A DNA stretch of 64,000 nt from Leptogorgia sarmentosa (Eukaryota): contig OZ210885.1 in the NCBI GenBank assembly GCA_964658305.1, positions 8,432,001 to 8,496,000 on the forward strand, given 5' to 3'. Positions 1 to 13,233 of the stretch are shown here, one piece after another; position 1 is the stretch's first letter; each line of letters opens with the position of its first letter. Below the pieces are notes generated by a model, which did no database searches, was not told the origin of the DNA, and saw nothing but the letters and a program-made list of their open reading frames with translations. A program made the position numbers and the translations under genes.

Positions 1-3000
1 GGGACTAAACCATATTGGAAAACCATTGACAACAAAGATGTTAATATGTTCACCCTCATAAAAATAATATGTGCAATTTCCTTGACTATCAACACTGATT
101 CTCAATCAAGGAGCACCTCATGCTTGTCGATTCTGTTATCTGCTGGTAATACTGACCACATTCTGAAGTTTGTTACTGGACAATTAACTTACCTTAATTT
201 ATTTTATAATCTCAGGAAACTAAATGTTCTAATTTGGCAGCCTTGATTCAGGTTGAAAATCAAGTTTTTCACACTCTGTATTGTTGTTCGATGATGTCAA
301 CAGATGAACAAATCACATTTCTATAAGGAGATAAGAAAATGGGGCAGAGTCAGTGTTAATTTTGACAAGAAATCAACAATTTCATTGATGTTTCATAGAC
401 TAACTAAATGTTGTGATCTACTTTATTATAACTTGACCCAAACTAAAAAATCAGTGCCCCCTCCCCCTTGTTCTCCCCCACCCACCATCTATACTCTAAG
501 CTATCGGCAAAGTACAGGAATATATAATAAATGAGATAATCAATGTGAGGATTATATATACTGTAGCTACCATGTTTTAGACCTGATCATGACCAGGGAT
601 GGGAAATAAAACACTTAATGTTCTTTGGCAGTATCTGTGGCAGTTTGATTTTGTTTGGACAGTATTATATAACAACTGAGCAATAACAACCAACCATCTG
701 CACAAATACAAGATAAATCTACATGAACTTAAAGTTATTACTCAACAAGTGACTTCTATAGCTCGGTCGGTCAGAATGCTGGTCTGGAATCTCATGGTTA
801 CAATTCCTGACAGTCAGGTTTTATAGATTCAAACAGTTTATAAACTTATCATAAGCTAACAAATCTGACAATGAAAATTAAAGTAAAATGTGCGAGAGGC
901 AGGGGATTTTTCCAGTAAGTGGCAGAAAGAAATTCATGTCTAGCTTGACAGTTTATGTACATGCAAAATGGAAATTAAGGAATGAAAAACATGTGGGCAA
1001 AAAACATGCATGATTTGTTTTGCAGTTTCAGGCCCAGTCATATTCTTTCTGCAATAAAATTAGGATTTCACATTCAATGCATTATTTTCAATCAGCAATT
1101 CAATCCTTCCAGATTGAAATCAAAATCAAAATTGACTCAATCCAGAATGAGTTGTGACTCAATTCAGATTGATGTAGTCAAATCAAATCTAATCCAATCC
1201 CTTATTAGCCTTATGATTTCAAAACACAAATGAAATATGTAGATCTGATCTAAATCTGAGGTAAAAACACTCTAAATTCAATTGTGACACTTGAAATTTG
1301 CAGTGAAATATAACATCAGTATGTAAATCAATATGGTTTTATAGAACTTCACTCAATGTGAAAATTTTTGAGGGGAGTTAATGTGTCTTAATATTGAGTA
1401 AAATTTATACACATGCTGGGACAGTTGCTGCAATGTATTAAAATGCTCCAAAATGTCTTTTTGTCAAATTTCTGGTTGTGTAGTTTTTATTTTTTGATGG
1501 GTGTTAAGTGTAAAATACATTTTTTTAATAGAGAAGCAAAATGCATGTAATATGGGGCTCATATATCGTTTCCGTGCTACTAAAATCTTGAAGGGAATGG
1601 TAATTTCATCAGCCCAGGAGATTGACATCCTTGTAACATCAAAACATGATTGAATTCTTGTGGTATAAAGCAGCTATAAATATATGTAACACAAAACTTG
1701 TTTGCTGGGCAAATAATAGAATTGTCTTCACTATTTAATAAATTTATATTAAGCATAATATAATTGTACTGAAAGAATGTGGGTTAGCAGAGCAAAAGCT
1801 AGAGGTTTTGGTGGCGTTTTTAGAGCAAGTGAAGGCGCTGTGTAACAGGGAATGCTCTGGACTTATGTGCCCTGCTAGGAATCACCAGCTAGGTGACAAA
1901 CTACTGATGCAATATACAACTTGATGCATGCTGTACTACAGTATAAAGTCAATGATGATAGGGTTAGAGTTTCTATATCATTTATTAATGTATGTCTGAA
2001 CACAGCTCGGCTTAGTCACTGCCAAGAAATTTGTATGGAATGGGTTGGAATGCCTTAGAGAAGCTGTAGGAAAAATCATTAATGAAGTTGACAACATTAG
2101 CCACTGAATTCACCAAAGTGTACAGTATATATTGTAATGAACACCCTGTTTAATATGAGAAGGTGAATTTTGATAGACTTCTATCAGCCAACGTAATTGC
2201 TGATATTATTTCACTAATATTAAATCATGATTGTAACTTTGTCATATGAAATGCAGCTATGAATATTTGTAAACAAATCTTGCTTAGTTAACCATATTCC
2301 CCTCAAGAGCAATTTCTATTAGCATTAGTAATATCAGTATTGAAAAATTCCGTGTTAACAGAGCGAAAACTTTTAGGTTTTGGTGGAGTTTTCAGCAAAT
2401 AAATTCTGATAGGGATATAAACTCGCTTGAAATGGCAATCAATACAATCATGTATGGCAAAATATAAACGTACGTACAGCATCAAGATTTAGCTTCCGGC
2501 TTTGGTCTTTCGCAGTTCGTAGATTATTTCGAGCATATTATACCTATTTGTAACCTTATTACGGTTGAATATATTTGTTCCGTTATTTGTGTCGTTCATG
2601 TCTAACGTATTTTCCTTTCAACGGGTATATTGCTTTCCTAACACACGGCATCTTCGCAGCTCTGTGACGGGAAATCCTACGGGAATTTCTTTGGTTTACT
2701 AGACATTTAAATCAAACTCACCTCCTTTGTTATCCCCTGCCCCACTTTCAATTATTCGTCAATGTAGTATGATTGCGATTATATTGACAGAGAACGAAAT
2801 ACATGAAACTCACTGCTACAATAAAGCACAGACTGGCTAAAATATTAAAACTCTGAGTGTAATCAGAACATGGCTTGAGAAAAGGGGAAATCCCTTTCAA
2901 TTTCCGGCAGATTAAAATTCAGCCTGCGAGAACTTGAGAATGCCTTGGAAAATAGTTTTAAATTCCTTGAATTTTCCTTTAGTTTCTATCAATATGTCAC

Positions 3001-3513
3001 TTCGATTTCTCTATCGTGCTACCATCAGACGTGAAAGTCAAACATATTTTATAACCATATTGTATACAAAGAGAAAATGACGGTAACACATCTATCTAAG
3101 GCTTAAAATGTCGTTTGTGAAATTCAGGTAGAGTTATGACTTTTGCTGCCTTTATTTCACTAAATACATCACAGTTGCCCACATTTCACTAAGAGTTCTG
3201 CTCTAAAATATCATCTTGGAGGCTCAAAATGAAAGTGGAGATTAATCACAGTCTACGTAGCCAAGAGCTATGCGATACTACCCCCATTACAATCTCTAAG
3301 TTTTTATCCTAACTACAGCGCGCAACTTAAACTTCATCCGATATACCAGAATATGATTTTTAATTTCTGCACATTCACTGCGGATCAGTATAGATAGTAT
3401 CGTGCAAAATATAACGCGAAACCTGCTCAGCATAAGCAATTTTGTGTGGCATTCTTGATCGGTAATCCCTTCGATTTGTAAGCGTGGATTATACAGTCTT
3501 CCTACATTCTTGT

Positions 3514-4604
3514 TAGCATATTATAACCCAGCAAAAAATTGAGGAAGCTACAGCCCACTCTGGGCCATGGGCTCTGCTGCGCTTGTAGAAAATAGTTGCA
3601 ATTTCTCGTATGATATTTTTAAAGACTTTGTATTCTACTCTACATTGCAAAGGCATAGGAAAATATCCGCGAGTACACGCAGTCTGCATTCCGCAGTAAT
3701 CGCATTGGCCGAGTCAAGCTAGGAATGTTACATTTCGATCAAAATATTTTTAATACAGCAAATATCGTTTTATGTCATAACGTACAGTCTTTACCGTGTA
3801 AAAGTACGAAACATAAAAGCGTAAAGATTTTTGTTCCATAACAATGATCTTCTATGAATTTAATTGAGAAGAAGAAAGCGTGGTGAACCCATGAGTAAAC
3901 TCACTAAATTGCAATCCATCTTGACACTGTAGGTCATATTAATTATTATTCAAATTTTCTGATGCTATACAATTTTATTTGTCAAATGGAAACGACTTTC
4001 TTGTTTACTCATCCTAACTTAATGTGAAACAAATTTCATAAGCAGATCTTGATCAACGTATTTTTCAAGTTAAATCCTCACTACAATATCACTTGAGTGG
4101 CAAGCTAAAACATTACATCTGGCAAATATCTGTCTCAACGCGTCTTTGCGCACAATAGCTAATCTCAATGGCTTTGAAGGTCAAGTATGCTTGATATTAT
4201 TGTAGCGACGATCTTTTCAGTGATGTGAGATAAAGCAAAACAGAAAAACGATGTAATAAATGTTTTGGTGATTGTAATAAATGTAGTGGTGTCCAAAAGA
4301 ATGAGGCCGTAGTTGTTATGGAAAATTCGCATTGGGAACATTTCTTTGAAGCCGCGACGCATGAAATGAAATAATGATATTTGATACGAATTGTGTTCAT
4401 AATGTGCTAGACTGACACAGCGAGCTAGCAACCGAAATGTTTTGAATTGCATGAAGCGCATAAAACGTCTTCAAGGCAACATGAATGCTCACTCCAATAG
4501 CTGCACTTAGGGATGGAAAATAACCACTCATTCAATGTCGTCTCTATCAAACACGTTATTCATTTATAAGTGGAACTGCTAAATCTTCTAGTCCGACTCA
4601 TTTC
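3514..4604. repeat. Dispersed repeat copy 1, interrupted by ~575 bp (3599-4172)
   Basis: 3514-3598 and 4173-4604 match 8008-8687, where the two parts are nearly contiguous. Confidence 0.75.
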
Positions 4605-4860
4605 CTAAGCCTACCTCGACCTCCATAAGTCCATAAAGTTCCGCGTTTTTGTATCGCAGATTTTCAAAGCCTGATTTACGCCTGCGTTGTGGATATTATA
4701 TTAATTTATCAAATTTACTGTCATTTCTCAGTAATTTCTTAGTACACACCCCACTTCGTTAATTCTTGAGATAGTAACTTCGAAGCCAAAAAATATACTA
4801 GTGTAGTATGCTGCTCAAGTTCAGTGACCTGGTCTGGCAGAAACATTATCTGTATGTATA

Positions 4861-6459
4861 CAGTGCGACCCACGATATTAGTTTGGTATGATATTAGAAC
4901 ATTGTACATTACATATGAGGAGGATTAAACATAATAAAGGTGAATTTTGTTTGGTTCATGGTAGAAACAATATTGCAATGATTACATTTCATATTAGTCA
5001 CGTGACGACAAAATCCAGGTGCTCCTCCATAAAAAAGGTGGTCCACGCTATTAGTTTCATAAATTGCCAAGCAATATGGGAAGTAGAAAATACCTAACCT
5101 TTGCCAAGAAAGCCATTATTATGAAAGAAATATTAATAACCAACACTACAAAAGCAATTTTTGAAAGATTTGATGGTCATGTTGTGACAATGACAAGATT
5201 TTTGCAAAATCCATTCTTCAAGTGGAAATTTCATGCTGATCGTAACTATTAAAGCCAATGTTAAAGCAGGATACGAGTTGAGCAACGAGTAAGTTGCGTG
5301 AAATGCCTGTAGCAGCAAGTGGAAAATTTGCACAGAAAGCTGGTCTCTTCGATGTTGAAAAAACCACTCGCAATCGTGCACCTGCCAAGATGGGTTCCAT
5401 CTAGATGATATAAACATGACGCTTTATTATCCACCACAAGTTCTCAATTGGGTTCAAATTTGGCGAGTTTAGTTGCCAAACCATTACGATTTTGTTCACA
5501 AAACCAAACGACTGAAGAAATTGCGTTGTTGCCTTTGCTGCATGTAAAATGCGTTAAGGTAATCTTCTTCAATGTTGCTAAAGGAAGTTTATCCAACTGT
5601 GACTGAAGGGATTTCTTCAGGTAAGGGCAATACGTAGCAGAAGACAACTTCTGACCTTCAGGCACACGGAAGGGACCAATTTGGGCATCGGCGATGATTC
5701 CATTTCCGTTCATAATCCTCCAACACCATGTTGGCGTCTCATCCTCTTAGGGCATTCCTCATCGCATCCTTTACTCCAGCCATCTGGACCATCCAGTGTC
5801 GACCTTGATTCGTCAGTGAAAAGAACAAACATTGTGTTCGTCCTCATGTATTTTATCGCCCATTCCATCCTCAAATGATCGTGTCTAGCAGGGAATGGTC
5901 AACATTTCTTCATTTACTCCATGGAACCTGTCTTCGCAAGTCCACGATTGGGAGTGGTTTTTGCAACATCGAGGAGACCAGCTTTCTGTGCAAATTTTCA
6001 ACTTGCTGCTACAGGCATTTTACGCAACTTACTCGTTGCTCAACTCGTATCCTGCTTTAAAATTGGCTTTAATAGTTACGATCAGAATGAAATTTCAACT
6101 TGAAGAATGGATTTTGCAAAAATCTTGTCATTGTCACAACATAACCATCAAATCTTTCAAAAATTGCTTTTGTAGTGTTGGTTATTGCTATTTCTTTCAT
6201 AATAATGGCTTTCTTGCTAAGGTTAGGTATTTTCTACTTCCCATATTGCTCGGCAATTTATGAAACTAATAGCGTGGACCACCTCTTTTATGGAGGAACA
6301 CCTGGATTTTGTTGTCACGTGACTAATATGAAATGTAATCATTGCAATATTGTTTCTACCATGAACCAAACAAAATTCACCCGTATTATGTTTAATCCTC
6401 CAAACATGTAATCTACAATGCACTAATATCGTACCAAACTAATACCGTGGGTCTCACTG
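4861..6459 (-). mobile_element. Fold-back Tc1-family transposon with decayed transposase
   Basis: TA|CAGTG...CACTG|TA; ~540-bp inverted arms (4861-5400, 5921-6459); minus-strand motifs VLFTDESR, GPFRVPEG, SPNLNPIENLW with stops and frameshifts. Confidence 0.9.
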
Positions 6460-8007
6460 TATTTACTATAACTCTGTGTATAGTAAATCTATGAGTCTAT
6501 AAATCAGGATCAAGACCTTGCGGTGATTTCAACGAACAAAGGCAACTGATACTTGTAGGTGAATCCGCAGATATCTCACATCATAACAGTGAGAATATTT
6601 CAGCGCATATTATGAAATTTCGCACTAATAATCGGTCATTATAGCGATATGTAAAAATTATGTTAGGTTAACTTTTCAATTTTAAAACCTACAATATTGT
6701 TGCAAATCATTCTGAGTCATGTCTCGTATTGCATATTTCAATAAATATGAGTAGACCTTGTTTGTGCTTTTGCCTTGTCTTATGGTATTGCAAGCTATAA
6801 CAATAACATGTGTAGGTAGCATTATACAACACGCTGAAGCGGGAAAATATTCAATTCGAATCCATACATTTATCCATCTTAGAATAATTCATATTTCTCG
6901 TATTGTATAGCATATTTGAAGATCATTTTGCGCCACATTCCAAAGGCATTTGCGAGTGTACACAGTCTGCATTCCACAATAATCGCGTTGGCTAATTGAC
7001 ACTAGAAATATGATGTTTCTTACCTTTATTTGAGTACGTCTATCGCAACATTTTGAATAAATCTTTTCTTGTGCTATATCGTACGGTCTTTACGTTCAAA
7101 GTACTAAACATAAAAGTGTAAAGACTTCGAATCCCAAATAGATAAGTTCTTCTTTTAGTTTCAAAACGAAAGTGGAAATAAATCATTAGGCTGTACGTAT
7201 GCCAAGAGCAATGCGAGAAAATATTGAAACCTGACCCGTTAAAAATACATGGCATGTTGCTTGGGAAACAAATGAAACATCAATCAAGAGTATCGAAAGG
7301 GGGTTAACATACGCAGTTTAATTTCCTAACAGTTGACTATGGCCTCTTTCTACTACGTACGACTTGTGTTAATTATAAATTGCATTGCACATCATTTTGG
7401 CTGCCTGTTATAGTTTAGTTGGTGTAACTGTAAAATTACGACTTAAAAAACATTCAAAATTAGTAATAGATACCACACCTAAAAATAGGTGTGGAAATCT
7501 AGCTATAAAATAGTAAACCAGAATATATCGCCGATCTCCCAAAGCCTCTCGTGAATACCGCTGGGTTACATTAGTGCATGATGGAAATGTTTATTGGTAC
7601 TGAAGCAGATAACCTTGATTGTCAATGCTTGAACTCATTAACTCCAATCCATCATGTACTTTATTATTTTACTCTGATGTCAGATGATATTACGTACTGA
7701 CCAAAAAGAAAGCGATGATTATCAATGACTTACCCATTCAATTGAAAATATATACACCTTGATCAGTACTACTTTATCTTTGGACACATTCTAATGCCCG
7801 ACAATTCATATTTTCCTCGACAAGCGAAAACCACTGTGTTTTTAACGAGTTGGCACAAAAAGCCATCCAGAATGCTCAGTTAGACCATTCAACTGCAATA
7901 TGGCTTGATACAGCATTCTCAATCAACCAATAACTAATTCCGCAATCTTAACTCCTGAGCTAACCTTAATGCAAGCACTTGATTAGCAAGAATCTCTCCA
8001 GTATAAA

Positions 8008-8687
8008 TAGCATATTATAACAAAGCAAAATTTGAGGAAGCTACAGCCCACTCTAGGCCATGGGCTCTGCTGCGCTTGTAGAAAATAGTTGGGATTTTGA
8101 AGGTCAAGTATGTTGGATATTATTGTAGCTACGATCTTTTCAGTGATGTGAGATAAAGCCAAACAGAAAAACGATGTAATAAATATTTTGGTGATTGTAA
8201 TAAATGTATCTGCTGCGCTTGTAGAAAATAGTTGGGATTTTGAAGGTCAAGTATGTTGGATATTATTGTAGCTACGATCTTTTCTTACGAGTGATGTGAG
8301 ATAAAGCCAAACAGAAAAACGATGTAATAAATATTTTGGTGATTGTAATAAATGTAGTGGTGTGCAAAAGAATGAGGCCGTAGTTGTTATGAAAAAATCG
8401 CATTGGGAACATTTCTTTGAAGCCGCGACACATATGAAATGAAATAATGATATTTGATACGAATTGCGTTTATAATGTGCTAGACTGACACAGCGAGCTA
8501 GCAACCGAAATGTTTTGAATTGCATGAAGCGCATAAAATAAACGTCTTGAAGGTAACATGAATGCTCACTCCAATAGCTGCATTTAGGGATGGAAAATAA
8601 CCACTCATTCAATGTCGTCTCTATCAATCACGTTATTCATTTATAAGTAGAAGTGCTAAATCTTCTAGATCTAGTCTGGCTCATTTC
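8008..8687. repeat. Dispersed repeat copy 2 with internal ~140-bp tandem duplication
   Basis: Matches 3514-3598 plus 4173-4604; block beginning ctgctgcgcttgtagaaaatagttggg is repeated at ~8067 and ~8210. Confidence 0.75.
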
Positions 8688-9180
8688 GAAAGCAAATATT
8701 TGTGTGAACGCCAATCAGAACAAATATTTGTACGGATTCGTTCCAGTTTCCTTTTATCGTTGACATATCATTTAAGCCATTTGTATATGTTTAATATAGC
8801 GCAGTTGTCTGAAAATGAATCATTTTGTATTTCTATTTACTACAATACTATTGTTAACTATCTGGTGTGGAGATGCTTAACATGGCTTTACTCGTGCTAA
8901 AATCCAATTTTCATCGAAATAGGAAACGAAAATTTAATGAAATTGTCCAAGATACCTCACCAGCCCTATATGGCTGCAAGGTTGGCTAAATGTGGCGCTG
9001 CCGCTGAAGTCCGAGCAACGCCCGAGCAAAGTCCGAGCAAATCCGTACTCTGTCGAACAACGACTGAAATAATTGATCCGCACCGTGTAAATGGGGACCC
9101 AATGTGGCAAATATTTGTATCAGTACAAATACTTATCCGGACAAAATTTTTATCTGGTGCCGTGTAAACGGGGACCGTAA

Positions 9181-9313
9181 CCCCTGAGCTAGCGAAGCTC
9201 TGCAAAATTGCCGGTAAAAACCTTTTATATGAATAGATTTTGCAATACAACATAATAAAGTAAATGAATGCTTAGTAACCAAGCCGCGAAGTGATCCCAA
9301 AAAATTTATCTGC
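9181..9313. mobile_element. Rearranged fragment of the MITE family at 28117-28387
   Basis: Shares accaagccgcgaagtgatccc-aaaaaattt-tctgc end and (inverted) gagcttcgytagctcag. Confidence 0.6.
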
Positions 9314-9828
9314 CGGCGCGAAGTGTCGTCCGGGCGTAAGCTAGGGGCGAGGCCGGGTAAAATTTCGGAACGGCCATTTACTCCCGAGCAAAGGACAAAA
9401 CAAACTGTGGACAAGAAAGAGTGAACAGAATGTTTTTTCAACGAGCAAATCAATTTTATCAATAATATATCATCATATATTTCTTAAAATACAATTTTTA
9501 TTCTTTCAGTTTGCAATTTTTCGCAGAGGTTCACAACGCCCCGCTGCGAAAGCCGTATTAGCCAATCGGATTGCTTCATTTTCACGAATAAAAATGATCA
9601 TTATCAGACACATCGCAACTTGTTTCAATTGGTTCAAACTGAACGGTTGTTAATTACGTCCTTAGGGACATGACGTTGACATGATAGTTAAGTTCAGACT
9701 GTTATATTAAAGATGCAGAAGACAATTACGATTTATGGGAGCATTCCATGCAGCTAAAAATTTACTGCTGGAGAGACATACCAAAAATTAGAAAACAAAT
9801 ATATACATATATATATATACTCTACTAA

Positions 9829-10017
9829 GGGCGGTTTCCATTACAGTCGCTTTGCCATCTCGTAAAAGTCAGTTGTACAGCGCGCACGCCAAGAAAGTTG
9901 AAGAAAGCTCAGCTTGTAAGCGTGTCCCCGCGGGCAAAATCAAACAAGGAACGCTAATATTCAACACCCTTAACGAAAAGTACAACATGTTCGCTCAGCT
10001 CGCGCGGGCAAAGCGAC
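9829..10017. mobile_element. Harbinger-like MITE (truncated) just downstream of the receptor stop codon
   Basis: Homologous to 45240-45458 (ttccattacagtcg...gcacgccaagaaagttga...aacatgttcgc); starts taa|GGGCGG. Confidence 0.6.
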
Positions 10018-10054
10018 ATGAAGACATGAGCCTGACCAGAAAGGTCATAGATTG

Positions 10055-10473
10055 TCAGGGAACTATCACGTATTCAAGTTCTTTCGGAGAATCACTACTT
10101 CCAGTTCCATTGCTACTCATGTTTGGTGTAGAATGCTGTTGAAAATCTTTGTGTGGTTGTGCTTGATGTTTCTCAACAGTCAAACTTTGATAATTTGCAG
10201 CAATAGGAACTCTCTTCGATTTGTCAAGTTGTGCGTACGGCGATGGTTCTTCGTATCCACTTTGGGAATCTGGTATTTGCAGTAGATCTATACGTGGTGA
10301 CAAGACGTCGTCATAACCAGTATTTTCATTATTCTCAATATTTCTCTGGTTTGTTATGACTGTTTTTCTTTTGAAGAGGATACACACTGTGAAAATAACT
10401 ACTGCCACTACAACCACAGCCGCGACTACGATTCCAATGATGATGCCGATGTCGATCGATGAACTTGGTTTAA
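10055..10473 (-). CDS. Propeller-EGF receptor, last exon: transmembrane helix and Tyr-motif cytoplasmic tail
   Basis: cag acceptor at 10474-10476, phase 1; VKPSSSIDIGIIIGIVVAAVVVVAVVIFTVCILFKRK...ELEYVIVP; TGA at 10055-10057. Confidence 0.9.
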
Positions 10474-10922
10474 CTGTATATGAAAAATATTGAATTATTC
10501 TCTGGATTAAGTAGCTACTCTTGTTTCTCAGCTAACATCGCTTGATCTTGCATATTATAAGAATAGGGGCCTATTGAGTGTTTCTGTTGCCGATATAGAG
10601 GAACTTTATTAAAAGTGGTGGAACACTTGTAACATTCAATTGAAGCGATTAAAATTGGCAATTACAGAAAGAACGGTTAAGCTGCAGCCACTGTTGAATA
10701 TCGTTAATTGGAATCGATTGTTTTTATGATCTGTGAACACTGGAATTGCAATCTAAAACTGTGTTTCATAACTTGTGTTCTATAACGGCGAAAAGAATGT
10801 CAATTGAAAAACAGAACTATAAAGTGTGTTTTTGTGTATTCCGTAACATGGTATGCATTTCGTGTTAAATGATCCACTTTCCGACATGCGAGATTCTACC
10901 TATCATTAGTTCAAGAATTATA

Positions 10923-11176
10923 CAGCGTTAGTGATGAAAACTTTTTTTTCCTCAATATTTTTCTGGCCGTAATGGTCAGAGTTAGGATTCTAGGGTTTTG
11001 GTTGGGATTAGTATATAGAAAAATGGTTTATATCTAACACTACTATAACTATATATATCAAGAGTAATACTGAAACGCCGACCAGCGATCTCAGGCGATA
11101 GCCCAGCGTGGGCATTACTCGTGTTCTCAATTGAGAAATATTGGGTACTACCCGTGAGGTCTTTGTTCAACGGCTG
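10923..11176 (+). mobile_element. Truncated copy of the 7-bp-TSD tRNA-cassette MITE
   Basis: Matches the right half of 13738-14248, ending gtctttgttcaacggctg. Confidence 0.8.
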
Positions 11177-11344
11177 TGTATGATGTCCCCGTGTTGAATC
11201 GTCAAAAACGCTTGGTATCTTCAAGGGTGTATCGACGCATCCGGACATGCAGGAGGCCATCATATTTACATCGGCATCATACTATATGCAATCACATTGT
11301 ATTTCCAGATTTTTTTCTAAGCACGATTTTGAAACAAAACTTAC

Positions 11345-11467
11345 CAACACAGGAGCCTTTACCATCTCCAAATAATCCTGGATTGCACGTGCACGTATAT
11401 GATCCAATGTTGTTATCGCAAGTGGCATTCTGGTGACAAATAGATGTATTTTCACATTCGTCGATAT
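11345..11467 (-). CDS. Receptor exon, calcium-binding EGF
   Basis: tttag/gtaag, phase 1-1, 123 nt; DIDECENTSICHQNATCDNNIGSYTCTCNPGLFGDGKGSCV. Confidence 0.9.
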
Positions 11468-12197
11468 CTAAACAAACATCGCTAACGCAATGTTAACGCC
11501 AACTAAAATACAATAGTCTGGGATATCGGGCTACTAGGCCATGTTCTGCGAGGTTCTGGACCACAAAGTCAAACTCGTACTGAACCCATGGCAAGAACTT
11601 AAAATTCTGCTACATACTGCAACATCAACGAGAGAATTTGAGATTCCCGCTTAATTTAGCTGCCTTTAAAATGGCCTCGTATCTCCACATCATTCAATAC
11701 GACTGTTTGGTTACATTTAGAAAACGTCTGAGATGCTTGGGACTCAAAAATAAAAAGCAATGCTTATAGCGAAGATCACATACGAGCTCTACTGAAGAAA
11801 TCTAATGTCCAGGACTATCTACCTGCAGGGGTATTTGAAATGCTTTGCGTCTACGACATGGAATCCATGTCAGACATCATTGTTTTGTTCAGTTGATCAG
11901 TGAACGTAATTGCGATGGCGTTCAGTTCAGAAAAACTAGACGTCTGCATAGAAGGACGTATTGAAGTAAGGAAGCTAATGTGTGCTGGCACTTATATGGT
12001 AGGATAATGTTGCTAATTTTCCCGAATAATATAACAATTTGTAGTTGTACACAATGTACGTTTCGACTGTATTTTAGTCATCACAGAATAGATTATTTAC
12101 CCAGATCATTAAAGTACTCGGTGATTCCGCCATTGTCTGTATATTGCCTTGATATTTACAGCGCTTTTTGTGAGCAGTATTTTGAAACAAAACTTAC

Positions 12198-12320
12198 CAA
12201 CACACGAATCTTTACCATCCCCAGATAAGCCCGGATTGCACGTGCATGTATATGATCCAAAGTTGTTATCGCAAGTGGCATTCTGGTGACAGATAGATGT
12301 ATTTTGACATTCGTCGATAT
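12198..12320 (-). CDS. Receptor exon, calcium-binding EGF (twin of 11345-11467)
   Basis: tttag/gtaag, phase 1-1, 123 nt; DIDECQNTSICHQNATCDNNFGSYTCTCNPGLSGDGKDSCV. Confidence 0.9.
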
Positions 12321-13037
12321 CTAAACAAAGTTTTATAATTTGGAAATGACAACGCCCACTAAGTATTTGTCGGCATGCTAAATATATACGACTATAGCGT
12401 ATTTTCTTAAACATACACTTCGACTTTTGGCTTTTCCCGCAAAATCCATCACCATATCTCGAAAGTGCATTTTAGAATTGGTAAAAGTGCATTGTTTCGT
12501 TGCGACATGTTGTTAAAATTAATGCGCAAAATATAAATGTGCATGAAAACAGGGGAATTTTTCCATACATATCCAATAATATAAGAGGAATTTTTTTCAC
12601 CACCTTTGAGCTGAAAATGGTGCAGATTTCCTCACATAAAAGTATTGCACATATTCAAATTTTGCATGGCATTTACAACATTTCACGACCAAATTTTGCA
12701 ATTTTACCAATTTTGACAAGCTATTTCTACATAGCTCTTGTGATGGATTTGTTCTTTTGGTCTAAAAAATTTCACCTCAAGCTACTAGGATTGCTTGACA
12801 TCGTGGGCATGGCTGAAAATATATTTGCTTTACACAGTTCACTCGTCATACATAATTCCTTTGTCTCGAAGACGTTTTGCCAATAAAAATATCACTTCCT
12901 ACCAGGTGTATCCATCCCAGCGGTAATCACAAAGGTCTTTAAGGAAACCAGCCAATGAGAATGCTATATGAACTACTGACATGTTAACTGCGAAAAACAT
13001 GGTCCAATTCAACTCATGCACAATGTGAAACACAAAC

Positions 13038-13157
13038 CTTCACAATATGTTCCATTTCCTGTTAATCCAGATTTACACTGGCAGTCATACCCCCCGGGCT
13101 TATTTGTACACGTGGCATACACATGACAGTAACCACCGAGGCAACATTCATCCACAT
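13038..13157 (-). CDS. Receptor exon, calcium-binding EGF (7 Cys)
   Basis: aag/gtttg, phase 1-1, 120 nt; DVDECCLGGYCHVYATCTNKPGGYDCQCKSGLTGNGTYCE. Confidence 0.85.
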
Positions 13158-13233
13158 CTTGCATAAGATAAAAATAAAAGTTTATAAACATTGCAAAATT
13201 CGCCATAATACACGTGGGGAAAACAAAACTTAC

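Noticed and set aside
775..830. tRNA/SINE-like head (tagctcggtcggtcaga...ggttacaattcc)
   Set aside because: Too degenerate to fold; at most an old SINE fragment
46..2485. Short ORFs in the first 2.5 kb
   Set aside because: No recognisable domains and no consistent splice chain found
4165..8627. Pair of similar ORFs (4165-4461 and 8247-8627) suggesting a gene family
   Set aside because: Both lie in a duplicated repeat and the reading frames are not conserved between copies
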